From positions 1 through 24,509 of IMG/VR virus record IMGVR_UViG_3300032233_001346: a DNA stretch of 24,509 nucleotides; one strand, given 5' to 3'. Made by a program: the position numbers and the translations under genes. Each line of letters starts with the position of its first letter. The first letter of the stretch is position 1. The notes under the pieces were generated by a model. It saw only the letters and a list, made by a program, of their open reading frames with translations. It did not search any database and was not told the DNA's origin. Shown piece after piece: positions 1 to 7,787 of the stretch. The DNA comes from a virus (Duplodnaviria; Caudoviricetes).

Positions 1-2214
1 ATTTGTACAGATTGCAATATTACCTCCGCCAGTATTATAAACCAAACTTACAGTATTGCCACTCACAACTGTCGTTTTTTCACCAACAGATTGAATGCGA
101 GTATCAGTTGCAGTTATAACACCAGAAACATTTAAATTAGCACCATTAACTAAAGAGATATCCCCATTTGTTAGAATTGATCCGTCATTATAAAGTGTAT
201 AGGCGGTAAGATTTTGGAATCTTCCAATAACCATTGCCTCAGTTCTGCTGCTACCTAAATCATCAATTCTTGCTCTATAAAATCCTGTGGATTTTCCACC
301 ATAATCCGATCCTTGTATAACAGCTCCAACACCAGGATATCCTGCATTAACTGTTAAATCATCATTTACAAATAAATTTCCAGCAACAGTAAGAGTTGTA
401 TTAGGAGTAATTGTTGATTGATTGACCGAAAGTGATCCTAAAGTAGAAACACCAGAAACTGTTAATTGGTTTGCAAAAATTGTTGACTGGAAAGTAGAAA
501 TACCAGTAAAAGTTGATATTCCAGAAACGCTTAACTGGTTTGTGAAGGTAGTTCCAGTGACTGTTACACCAGCACCGATAGTTTGTAATTTTAAATTATT
601 TTGAGAGTAAAGACTTACATTTGTGTCATCAAATCTTGCTCTAAACGCAGAAGCATTATTATATTGCTCCAAGTCAATTCCCAACTCAGAATCCATACGG
701 ATTCTCCCGTTAGCAAATATATTTCTAATTCTAACATTTGGTGAATCAGATGCTCCAACATCAAATTGTAAGCGACTATTATTACCAAAATTTGCATAGT
801 TTCCATAAGAAGAAAAACTACCACCAACATTCAATCTTTTTTCAATCCCAACTCCACCTTCAATAATAACTGCTCCACTATCTTTATCTGTCGAATCTGT
901 TGTGTTTGTAAAATTGGTAACTCCCGCAATCGTAGGAATTGTAGAAACACCAGAAACATTTAATGCCGTAACTGATGCAATGCCACCTATTACATTTGTT
1001 GAAATTCCAGCCTTAGTCGCATAAGTGGCAATACCAGCAGTAGAAGCATATCCTGATATATTTGCAATTCCTGAGTAGGTAGAGATACCACTAGAAGTTG
1101 AATAAGTGGAAAATCCACTAACTGGTGCATAAGTAGCAATACCCGAAACTTGTGAGTAAGTAGCAATACCACTAGAGGTTGCATAAGTTGCTGATGATAC
1201 AGTACCATTGAATGTAGTTGCAGTAACTGTAGTATCAGTAATTTGAACTCCACCAACAGCAAGTCTCACACCATTAGGAACTTGTGTGCTACCGATACCA
1301 ACTCCATAATTAAATAACCAAGCATCAGTAAGTCCAGCACCAATAGTGTCTCCCTTAAACCACATAATTTTCTTATATGTGGATGGATTAGTTTCACCAG
1401 GAACGATATTCAGATCCACAAGAGGCGTTCCTTCCGTTGATGCAATCGCAATACCACCGTGATTTGCAGTATTATCTGTTGAACCAAATGAAGTTCCAAT
1501 ACCCAATACAATATCGGGATCCGCAATCTGAAGTTGTTGAGTATTCAGTTGTGTTGTTGTGCCGCCAAAAGAAATATTACCACTTACATATAAGTCACCA
1601 ACAACGGAAAGAGCGCTAGTTGTTGATATTCTATTCTTATCAATAGTTCCCGTAATTATATTTGCAGCGTCGGAAAGATATGTTGAAGTTGAAGCTATAC
1701 CAGCTATTGCAGCATATCCAGCAGAGAGTGCATATCCAGTAGTGCCTAAAACGACAGGTGAAACATCTATCGTCACTCTACCAACACCATCAGGTCCAGA
1801 AGATACGATATTTGCGCCAAAGTTCAATTCTCTTGCAACACCTCTTCTTACATTATCATCAAGAACTTCAAGTCCACCAACAACTGCAGTTACATTAGTA
1901 AGTTGAGAACCATCACCAACAAATTGAGTTGCGGTAACAACTCCAGTTGAAGTGATATTTCTGACTTGTATATGTTCAGTGGTTGTAATTCCAGTATTTG
2001 AAACACCACCAACGTTGATAACTGGATTTCCTGTTAAGTTTCTTGCAACTGTAGATATTCCTGCAGTACTTGCATAACTTGTTACACTAGTTCCATCCCC
2101 AAAAGTATTATAAATTTCTTGGAAGTTACTATTAATCTTCCCCATTGCAATTCTTAATGGATCACCCTGTCCATCATTTGGATTATTACCTGTATTGATG
2201 CCCAGTCTAGACAT
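1..2214 (-). CDS. Tail fibre / baseplate-anchored structural protein, 3'-truncated by the window edge (738 codons in window)
   Basis: ATG at 2214 with GAGG RBS and upstream late promoter. N-terminus MSRLGINTGNNPNDGQGDPLRIAMGKINSNFQEIY resembles the T4 gp9/gp10-type N-terminal motif. Gly/Thr/Ser-rich; the same frame reads ...GGGNIAICTN at position 1. Missing from the ORF track because there is no stop in the window. Confidence 0.85.
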   Translation of the reverse strand, partial: MSRLGINTGNNPNDGQGDPLRIAMGKINSNFQEIYNTFGDGTSVTSYASTAGISTVARNLTGNPVINVGGVSNTGITTTEHIQVRNITSTGVVTATQFVGDGSQLTNVTAVVGGLEVLDDNVRRGVARELNFGANIVSSGPDGVGRVTIDVSPVVLGTTGYALSAGYAAIAGIASTSTYLSDAANIITGTIDKNRISTTSALSVVGDLYVSGNISFGGTTTQLNTQQLQIADPDIVLGIGTSFGSTDNTANHGGIAIASTEGTPLVDLNIVPGETNPSTYKKIMWFKGDTIGAGLTDAWLFNYGVGIGSTQVPNGVRLAVGGVQITDTTVTATTFNGTVSSATYATSSGIATYSQVSGIATYAPVSGFSTYSTSSGISTYSGIANISGYASTAGIATYATKAGISTNVIGGIASVTALNVSGVSTIPTIAGVTNFTNTTDSTDKDSGAVIIEGGVGIEKRLNVGGSFSSYGNYANFGNNSRLQFDVGASDSPNVRIRNIFANGRIRMDSELGIDLEQYNNASAFRARFDDTNVSLYSQNNLKLQTIGAGVTVTGTTFTNQLSVSGISTFTGISTFQSTIFANQLTVSGVSTLGSLSVNQSTITPNTTLTVAGNLFVNDDLTVNAGYPGVGAVIQGSDYGGKSTGFYRARIDDLGSSRTEAMVIGRFQNLTAYTLYNDGSILTNGDISLVNGANLNVSGVITATDTRIQSVGEKTTVVSGNTVSLVYNTGGGNIAICTN
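1000..1200 (-). repeat. Imperfect 9-aa (about 27-nt) tandem repeat, consensus SGI(A/S)TYAxx, within the tail fibre
   Basis: Minus-strand translation: ATYATSSGIATYSQVSGIATYAPVSGFSTYSTSSGISTY...TAGIATYATKAGIST. Confidence 0.7.
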
Positions 2215-2243
2215 TAAGTTTCCTCATTATATCCCTATTTTTA

Positions 2244-2251
2244 TATTTATT
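2244..2251 (-). promoter_or_regulatory. T4-type late promoter (AATAAATA) for the tail-fibre gene
   Basis: Reverse complement of TATTTATT, about 30 nt upstream of ATG 2214. Confidence 0.7.
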
Positions 2252-2286
2252 GGTTCTTATAAGTATTAGTAGAATGGTGCAGAACA

Positions 2287-2721
2287 ATGCAATTCAATTT
2301 TAATTTTGGTAAGAAGAAACCAACAATTATACAGTATGCAATTATAGGCACAGTTCTTACCGGTATTATATCATCTTTTGCTGCCTGCACCAAGTTAAAC
2401 GAAAACCAGATTTGGGACTTGTTAGATGAGATCCAAAGAGTATTCCATATTAGTATCCTCAATGATTTTATTATCACGGACCCTGAAAAATTGGATAGAA
2501 GAATCAAAAGAGACGTAGATAGAGCTATAGAAAATATCACACCAGAATATAATCGTATCATAGAAAATGCAGATAAAAAATACAAACCGAAATATATGGA
2601 TTTGGAGAATGATGGAACTTTATGTCACTCGGAAGACTGCAAGCAACTTGCACCACCAATGAGAATGTGTTCTCCAGTTTTTGAAGGAAGTGATTGCAAT
2701 TGGAAACCTGAGGATAAATAA
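2287..2721 (+). CDS. Hypothetical membrane protein or lipoprotein
   Basis: 144 aa; KKK, hydrophobic stretch, then FAAC (lipobox-like); helical middle; four Cys near the C-terminus. Confidence 0.7.
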   Translation: MQFNFNFGKKKPTIIQYAIIGTVLTGIISSFAACTKLNENQIWDLLDEIQRVFHISILNDFIITDPEKLDRRIKRDVDRAIENITPEYNRIIENADKKYKPKYMDLENDGTLCHSEDCKQLAPPMRMCSPVFEGSDCNWKPEDK

Positions 2722-2724
2722 ATA
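2713..2724 (+). promoter_or_regulatory. T4-type late promoter (overlapping GATAAATA/AATAAATA)
   Basis: GATAAATAAATA about 30 nt upstream of ATG 2755. Confidence 0.65.
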
Positions 2725-2754
2725 ACAATATAAACGTACTTTTGCTGCAGTAAA

Positions 2755-4365
2755 ATGAGAGAACAGGAAATTCGTGGTATTATGGAGGCTTATGCCCAGG
2801 TCTATAGTGGTCCCGAGGAGTTGAGTGAAGGAAATCCCTATGCGAATAAACCAGATTCTCAACTTACAGCTAATGAATTGTTAAAGAAAAGAGATCCAAA
2901 TTATGGTAAACCATCTCCACAACAAGTAAAACAGTCACAAGGTACTAATAGAGCCCTTGAACAAGGTAAACAAATCGGAATGAGTGGTGGTTTATTTGGA
3001 ACTAATCAGGCTAGATTGAAACTTGATTCTTCTGCAACTAAAAGTTCTGGAAGAACTACATTAAGAGCTACACCAGATACTGGCGTTAATCCTGCTTCTT
3101 TAGATAGATCTATGAGAGTTGGTGGAAAAGCTTATGATAGACTAACTAAAGATGGTAAAGTTAGTTATTTGGAAAGAAAACCTGCATCAACACCTGCAGC
3201 AAAACCATCACCTACATCAACTTCTGCAGCACCAAAACCCTCTGCACCCTCTGCAGCAGCAAAACCCTCTGCACCCTCTGCAGCAGCAAAACCTGCACCC
3301 TCTGCAGCACCAAAACCCTCTGCAACCACAGAAAAAGATCCTATGAAGGTCTGGGCTGCTGCTCATCCTGATCTTGCTGGTAAAGTAAAACCAGGACAGT
3401 CTGGTTATAATTCAATTCAACAACAAAGAAATACAGCTTCTCTAAGTGCTGCAGCGAAACCATCTGCATCATCAACTCTTGGTAAAACAGTTGCTACAGC
3501 AACTGCAAAACCACTTGGAGCTAATTTTAATCCAAGTCCTACTGCTGCACCAAAACCTGCTACACCTGCACCTGTTGCAGCTGCACCAAAACCTGCTACA
3601 CCTACTCCTGCTGCAGCGCCTGCACCTGTTGCAGCTGCGCCTGCACCAAAACCTACACCTGTTGCAACTGCCCCTGTCGCTGGAAGATCTGAACTAATGA
3701 AAAAACAACTCAATCAAGAAGACCTAGACATCTTTGATATTGTAAAAGGACATCTTCTAGATGAAGGTTATGCAGAGACCGAAGAAGCTGCAATCGTCAT
3801 GATGGCAAATATGAGTGAAGAGTGGAGAAATTCCGTTCTTGAAAGTTATGGTATTGATATTCAAGAAACCAAAAGATGGTGGGATGATGATGGAGATAAT
3901 ATTGGTTATGAAAAGGGAGAAGTATCTGGTAGGTTTAAGAAAAAAAAGAAAAAAGTAACCAAAGAAGAACTAGAAGCATGGGTAAATGAACTCGTTGCAG
4001 AAGGTTATGATTTCTCTGATTATACTTGGGAAGAAGTTGCTGAGATTTATGTTCAGGAACTTGAACTACTTGATGAAGATAGTGCTAGACTTGCTGCTTC
4101 TTCTAGAAAAAGAGCAGAAGAGATGGGTAGAAAGAGAAGATCCACCAAAGAATATAAGCAAGGTGGAAATCGTGGAACTGGAAGAAATGAGAGAGCAGCA
4201 TACAATTTAAGCAACGCTCAAAGAAGTGCCGCTGCTAATCCAGATCTTCAAACAACTCGTTCAAGAAAACCTTCACACTATGATAGTGGAATGCATCAAG
4301 GTGATTATGATAGATACAATAGAAACGATCCAAAGAAAAATCCAAAACACGAAGCAAATAAATGA
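2755..4365 (+). CDS. Putative virion (internal head) protein with Pro/Ala/Lys-rich linker
   Basis: 536 aa, late promoter; cyanophage-type helical modules (DIFDIVKGHLLDEGYAETEEAAIVMMANMSEEW; EELEAWVNELVAEGYDFSDYTWEE); gp21-like xxE sites. Confidence 0.7.
   Translation: MREQEIRGIMEAYAQVYSGPEELSEGNPYANKPDSQLTANELLKKRDPNYGKPSPQQVKQSQGTNRALEQGKQIGMSGGLFGTNQARLKLDSSATKSSGRTTLRATPDTGVNPASLDRSMRVGGKAYDRLTKDGKVSYLERKPASTPAAKPSPTSTSAAPKPSAPSAAAKPSAPSAAAKPAPSAAPKPSATTEKDPMKVWAAAHPDLAGKVKPGQSGYNSIQQQRNTASLSAAAKPSASSTLGKTVATATAKPLGANFNPSPTAAPKPATPAPVAAAPKPATPTPAAAPAPVAAAPAPKPTPVATAPVAGRSELMKKQLNQEDLDIFDIVKGHLLDEGYAETEEAAIVMMANMSEEWRNSVLESYGIDIQETKRWWDDDGDNIGYEKGEVSGRFKKKKKKVTKEELEAWVNELVAEGYDFSDYTWEEVAEIYVQELELLDEDSARLAASSRKRAEEMGRKRRSTKEYKQGGNRGTGRNERAAYNLSNAQRSAAANPDLQTTRSRKPSHYDSGMHQGDYDRYNRNDPKKNPKHEANK
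3223..3327 (+). repeat. 27-bp coding tandem repeat x4 (SAA[P/A]KPSAP)
   Basis: TCTGCAGCA(C/G)CAAAACCCTCTGCACCC at 3223, 3250, 3277 (24-bp variant) and 3301. Confidence 0.85.
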
Positions 4366-4373
4366 TTAAACAG

Positions 4374-4397
4374 GGGGGTTGACTAACCCCCTTTTTT
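4374..4397 (+). terminator. Intrinsic terminator
   Basis: GGGGGTT-GACT-AACCCCC followed by T6, just after stop 4365. Confidence 0.85.
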
Positions 4398-4408
4398 ATG
4401 ACTATAAT
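4379..4408 (+). promoter_or_regulatory. sigma70-like promoter overlapping the terminator
   Basis: TTGACT-N18-TATAAT. Confidence 0.6.
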
Positions 4409-4427
4409 AACTCTGTAGGGGTTCAAA

Positions 4428-4435
4428 GATAAATA
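4428..4435 (+). promoter_or_regulatory. T4-type late promoter
   Basis: GATAAATA about 25 nt upstream of ATG 4460. Confidence 0.6.
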
Positions 4436-4459
4436 AGGCTCATAGAATTTTAGAGCTTT

Positions 4460-4897
4460 ATGAGCTATGAGAACCCTTGGATATACCTTGGAGAAATTTT
4501 TGAGTCTGATCATATTCAAGATCATTTTGGTTTTGTTTATCGTATTGACTGTGATACAACTGGTCGGAGCTACCTTGGTAGAAAATATTTCTGGAGTTTC
4601 CGCAAGAAAAAGGGCGCTAGTAGAAGAAGTAAATCGGAGTCTGATTGGAAAAAGTATTACGGATCCTGCCCAGAGCTCAAAGAAGATATAAAAAAGTATG
4701 GAAAAGATAAGTTCAAAAGGTCTATAATATCTTTACACGACACTGTAGGACAAACAAACTACGCAGAGACTCGTCAGTTGTTTGTGAATAATGTCCTGAT
4801 TGAATCCCTTGACAATGGGGAACCCAAGTACTACAATAGCAATGTTCTTGGTCGTTACTACAGGAAGGATTACTTTCATGGAAAACCAACTGACTGA
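4460..4897 (+). CDS. GIY-YIG family (Seg-like) endonuclease
   Basis: GFVY-x10-YLG motif, YYGS, KYGKDKFKR, conserved Glu (YAETRQL) and YYN. Confidence 0.8.
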   Translation: MSYENPWIYLGEIFESDHIQDHFGFVYRIDCDTTGRSYLGRKYFWSFRKKKGASRRSKSESDWKKYYGSCPELKEDIKKYGKDKFKRSIISLHDTVGQTNYAETRQLFVNNVLIESLDNGEPKYYNSNVLGRYYRKDYFHGKPTD

Positions 4898-5039
4898 TGT
4901 TGATTTAAAAGACAGTATCATTGACCGAATTCATTATCTCTCAGAAATGGGAGATTATATGAGTGCTTGTGCAGTTTATAGTGAATTTAGAGAAACGATC
5001 TTGAATAAACATATGGGTGATTGTCACAAAACTAAATAA
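4878..5039 (+). CDS. Hypothetical protein (53 aa)
   Basis: MENQLTDVDLKDSIIDRIHYL...; ATG 4878 preferred over the ORF-track start at 4800 because the overlap is shorter. Confidence 0.5.
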   Translation: MENQLTDVDLKDSIIDRIHYLSEMGDYMSACAVYSEFRETILNKHMGDCHKTK

Positions 5040-5080
5040 TCACTTATTATGTACTAGATCATGAGATCTTGACGTGACAT

Positions 5081-5146
5081 TAGAGCCGTGGAAAGTGCCC
5101 ACCGAGAGATGGGTATACCCCCTTTCTATACGGATGCCGAATTCTA
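5081..5146 (+). promoter_or_regulatory. Structured 5' leader upstream of the lysozyme gene
   Basis: Nested pairings TAGAG/TTCTA, CCGT-GGAAAG/CTTTCT-AT-ACGG and TGCCCA/TGGGTA capped by a GAGA loop; GC-rich in an AT-rich context. Confidence 0.55.
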
Positions 5147-5155
5147 TTAAACTTA

Positions 5156-5800
5156 ATGCTAAACTACTTTACAACTGTAGCCGTTTCTACTTTAGCAACG
5201 GTTGCAACGCAAGCAGCAACACTGCCTGAGTTCAAGATGCAAGGACCTCCTCCTCCAGTACATTACAGTATTATTAAAGAGGAACCTTCAGTAAAAACAA
5301 AGACAGCGCCTGAAGAGGTTGCTCCCGTTAAAAAAGAAAAGACGCTTATTTGTAAGGGGTGTAATGAAAGAGAAAATGTCGCCCTGAAATATTTTCAGGA
5401 CATTGGAATTAAAGACAGAAACGCCCTTGCTACTATTATGGGCAATATTAAACAGGAATCAACATTCCAGTCTAATGTTTGCGAAGGTGGTAGCAGAACC
5501 TCATATCGTAATTGCTACGGCGGTTATGGTTTGATTCAGTGGACATCTGCCAATCGTTATTATGGATTGGGTGAATTCGCTAGAAAATATGGTGGTTCGC
5601 CATCATCCATTGAAACACAACTTCGTTATCTTACAAGTGAAGTCCAATGGAAAAAGATTGAGGAGAAAATGAAAACTCCAGGTCGATCAATCTATTCTTA
5701 TATGGACTATGCTTATAACTGGATTGGTTGGGGATATCATGGTGCTCGTACATCTTATGCCCATGAATATGCTTCTAAACTAGTCTCAGTGGAAGTTTAA
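5156..5800 (+). CDS. Phage lysozyme (Phage_lysozyme2 / tail-tip-lysozyme-like) with signal peptide
   Basis: ALATIMGNIKQES (catalytic Glu), GYGLIQWT and QLRYL motifs; hydrophobic N-terminus ending AQAA; Pro-rich linker. Confidence 0.85.
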   Translation: MLNYFTTVAVSTLATVATQAATLPEFKMQGPPPPVHYSIIKEEPSVKTKTAPEEVAPVKKEKTLICKGCNERENVALKYFQDIGIKDRNALATIMGNIKQESTFQSNVCEGGSRTSYRNCYGGYGLIQWTSANRYYGLGEFARKYGGSPSSIETQLRYLTSEVQWKKIEEKMKTPGRSIYSYMDYAYNWIGWGYHGARTSYAHEYASKLVSVEV

Positions 5801-5812
5801 AATTGTGAGACT

Positions 5813-5849
5813 GGGGGACTTGACGGTCCCCCTTCTCGTTTGGTATAAT
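5813..5849 (+). promoter_or_regulatory. Terminator-like hairpin with embedded sigma70 promoter driving the tRNA cluster
   Basis: GGGGGAC-TTGACG-GTCCCCC-TTCT; TTGACG-N18-TATAAT with extended -10 TG. Confidence 0.7.
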
Positions 5850-5858
5850 ACAGAGATC

Positions 5859-5940
5859 GGGTAGGTGTCCGAGTGGTTAATGGAGGCGGACTGTAAATCC
5901 GCTGGCTCTGCCTACGGGGGTTCAAATCCCTCCCTGCCCA
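5859..5940 (+). tRNA. tRNA-Tyr(GTA)
   Basis: Acceptor GGGTAGG/CCTGCCC, anticodon arm GCGGA-CTGTAAA-TCCGC, long variable arm, GGTTCAAATCC. Confidence 0.95.
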
Positions 5941-5942
5941 TA

Positions 5943-6014
5943 GGGAGATTAGCTCAGCGGTAGAGCAACGTGCTGATAACGCGGAGGCCACTAGTTCAAA
6001 TCTAGTATTTCCCA
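5943..6014 (+). tRNA. tRNA-Ile(GAT)
   Basis: Acceptor GGGAGAT/ATTTCCC, anticodon loop CTGATAA, T arm ACTAG-TTCAAAT-CTAGT. Confidence 0.93.
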
Positions 6015-6015
6015 C

Positions 6016-6048
6016 TTGACAATCAAATCCTAAATTGGTATGATTGTC
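6016..6048 (+). promoter_or_regulatory. sigma70 promoter with flanking inverted repeat
   Basis: TTGACA-N17-TATGAT; GACAATCA/TGATTGTC inverted repeat. Confidence 0.7.
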
Positions 6049-6052
6049 CCAT

Positions 6053-6126
6053 GTTTCGGTAGCTCAGTTGGATAGAGCATCTGCCTTCTAAGCAGTTGGT
6101 CACAGGTTCAAGTCCTGTCCGAAACG
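6053..6126 (+). tRNA. tRNA-Arg(TCT)
   Basis: Acceptor GTTTCGG/CCGAAAC, anticodon arm CTGC-CTTCTAA-GCAG. Confidence 0.95.
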
Positions 6127-6134
6127 TTTAACAA

Positions 6135-6142
6135 AATAAATA
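6135..6142 (+). promoter_or_regulatory. T4-type late promoter
   Basis: AATAAATA 20 nt upstream of ATG 6163. Confidence 0.65.
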
Positions 6143-6162
6143 CTTAAAAAAGTACTTTAAGT

Positions 6163-7254
6163 ATGACTATTCAGAGAATTGTAAAGAAAAATATAGGAAC
6201 AGCAAATCCAACAACTTATGTGGGAAATCCTGGTGATGTATTTCTAGATCAAACTGTTCCAATATTAAAATTATCTGATGGGTCTACTCCTGGTGGATTG
6301 GCTCTTGGATTGGGTCAAAGTCTAGATCAAATACTTTCATATGGAAGTACCTCCACACGACAAATGACTGTTGGTGGATTGAAAGTCACTGGTATTACAA
6401 GTTTTTATACTGCAGTTCATTTTGAAGATAATGTTACATTAAACATTGGTGATAATGATGAATTGCAAATTTTTCATAATGGTGTCAATAGTTACATTGA
6501 TAATTCCAGTAGTGGTAATTTAATTATTCGTGATGGTGGAACTGGTATTCAACTCAGAAGGAGTGGTGGTGGTCCGAATGCAGGACTTATGGCTGCTTTT
6601 AACAATAATGCAGGAGTGGAACTTTATTACGATGGTGTTATTAAGTTCCAAACATTTTCAAATGGAGTTGCAATCAATGATTCGGTAGGTATTGGAAGTA
6701 CCGCTGGAAATCCTCCTTATAGACTTACAGTAAGTGGAGTAGGTGCAACAATTACTTCTGGACTTGCAAATGCAATTGCGGATTTGACTTCTAGTGTCAA
6801 TGGATATGGTCAAGTCAATATCCGAAATTCTTTTGCAGGATCAAATTCTTCTGGGGATTTAGTTGTTACTGCAAACAATGGAACTGATACCACAAATTAT
6901 ATTGATTTGGGTATTAATAATAGTGGATTTACTACCACAAGTTGGACAGTTAATGGTGCAAGTGATGGTTACTTATATACTTCTGATGGTAACCTGTCTA
7001 TAGGTGCTGCAAGTAATAAGTATGTTTCTATTTTTACTGGTGGTACTTTAGCTGCAAATGAAAGAATCCGAGTGACTGGCATTGGATCTGTGGGTATCGG
7101 TACTACACAACCAACTGCGGGTGTAGATATTCGTTCAGATTTGAGAGTTGGTATTAATACTTCTCAAGGTCTTCTTCTTACAGATGCTTTAGGTAAGAAG
7201 TGGAGATTGGGAGTTTCTACTACTGGTACTTTATTCACTACACTAGTCCCTTGA
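6163..7254 (+). CDS. Tail-fibre / virion fibre-like protein
   Basis: 363 aa, Gly/Thr/Asn-rich; N-terminal GDVFLD..LKLSDGSTPGG motif; fibre motifs LQIFHNGVNSYI, VELYYDG and ERIRVTGIGSVGIGTTQP; late promoter. Confidence 0.8.
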   Translation: MTIQRIVKKNIGTANPTTYVGNPGDVFLDQTVPILKLSDGSTPGGLALGLGQSLDQILSYGSTSTRQMTVGGLKVTGITSFYTAVHFEDNVTLNIGDNDELQIFHNGVNSYIDNSSSGNLIIRDGGTGIQLRRSGGGPNAGLMAAFNNNAGVELYYDGVIKFQTFSNGVAINDSVGIGSTAGNPPYRLTVSGVGATITSGLANAIADLTSSVNGYGQVNIRNSFAGSNSSGDLVVTANNGTDTTNYIDLGINNSGFTTTSWTVNGASDGYLYTSDGNLSIGAASNKYVSIFTGGTLAANERIRVTGIGSVGIGTTQPTAGVDIRSDLRVGINTSQGLLLTDALGKKWRLGVSTTGTLFTTLVP

Positions 7255-7279
7255 CAATAGATTCAAAGTCTGTTACTAT
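7251..7279 (+). promoter_or_regulatory. sigma70 promoter
   Basis: TTGACA-N17-TACTAT with extended -10 TG. Confidence 0.7.
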
Positions 7280-7307
7280 ATAAAAGTGATGGGGATTCAT
7301 CATTTAT

Positions 7308-7379
7308 TCCCCTATAGCTCAACGGCAGAGCAGAGAGCTGTTAACTCTAAGGTTCCTCGTTCGAATCGAGGTGGGGGAG
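7308..7379 (+). tRNA. tRNA-Asn(GTT)
   Basis: Acceptor TCCCCTA/TGGGGGA, anticodon arm AGAG-CTGTTAA-CTCT. Confidence 0.95.
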
Positions 7380-7382
7380 TTG

Positions 7383-7442
7383 AAAGGTAAGGAAAGTAAA
7401 AGGAGCATGGGAACCAGTAATGGAGATACCGCACCTGCCTTT
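7383..7442 (+). ncRNA. Candidate structured small RNA between tRNA-Asn and tRNA-Leu
   Basis: Closing stem AAAGGT(A)AGG/CCTGCCTTT, apical CCA-GTAA-TGG GNRA hairpin, purine-rich internal loop. Confidence 0.4.
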
Positions 7443-7447
7443 TTAAA

Positions 7448-7530
7448 GCTCTAGTGGTGGAACGGTAGACACAGCGGACTTAGAATCCGCCGCCTTTAAA
7501 AGCGTGGAAGTTCAAATCTTCTCTGGAGCA
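7448..7530 (+). tRNA. tRNA-Leu(TAG)
   Basis: Acceptor GCTCTAG/CTGGAGC, anticodon arm GCGGA-CTTAGAA-TCCGC, long variable arm. Confidence 0.95.
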
Positions 7531-7531
7531 C

Positions 7532-7564
7532 TTGACAATCAAACTTAAAGGGTTTATGATTGTC
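7532..7564 (+). promoter_or_regulatory. sigma70 promoter with the same inverted repeat as at 6016
   Basis: TTGACA-N17-TATGAT; GACAATCA/TGATTGTC. Confidence 0.7.
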
Positions 7565-7570
7565 TCACAA

Positions 7571-7642
7571 GCGGAATTAGTTCAGTGGTAGAACGCCATC
7601 CTTCCAAGTTGGATGTCACCGGTTCGAATCCGGTATTCCGCT
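7571..7642 (+). tRNA. tRNA-Gly(TCC)
   Basis: Acceptor GCGGAAT/ATTCCGC, anticodon loop CTTCCAA, U73. Confidence 0.95.
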
Positions 7643-7685
7643 CTTGGTAGTCTTTAGGCATATAGCCTAGAAAGACGCCAACCTA

Positions 7686-7757
7686 GGGCGATTGGCGCAG
7701 CGGTAGCGCAGCTGCTTTACACGCAGACGGTCATTGGTTCGAATCCGATATTGCCCA
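7686..7757 (+). tRNA. tRNA-Val(TAC)
   Basis: Acceptor GGGCGAT/ATTGCCC, anticodon arm CTGC-TTTACAC-GCAG. Confidence 0.95.
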
Positions 7758-7759
7758 CT

Positions 7760-7767
7760 TATAAATA
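7760..7767 (+). promoter_or_regulatory. T4 late promoter (exact TATAAATA) for dps
   Basis: TATAAATA 20 nt upstream of ATG 7788. Confidence 0.75.
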
Positions 7768-7787
7768 CTTGAAAAAGTATCTGTATA

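Noticed and set aside
422-1906. Short ORF-track entries on both strands
   Set aside because: Shadow or alternate frames of the long minus-strand tail-fibre gene (1-2214).
3152-3713. His/Gln/Leu-rich and Gly/Ala-rich ORFs
   Set aside because: Frame artefacts of the Pro/Ala repeat in 2755-4365.
4370-4900. Group I intron hosting the GIY-YIG gene
   Set aside because: No interrupted host gene or intron core is seen; the gene is free-standing with its own promoters.
5797-6015. 72-aa minus-strand ORF (also 10291-10716 and the 10574 extension)
   Set aside because: Antisense to, or overlapping, clear tRNA genes.
7407-7454. AAGGAG-C-ATG mini-ORF MGTSNGDTAPAFLKL
   Set aside because: SD-to-start spacing is only 1 nt and the stop lies inside tRNA-Leu; an RNA structure explains the region better.
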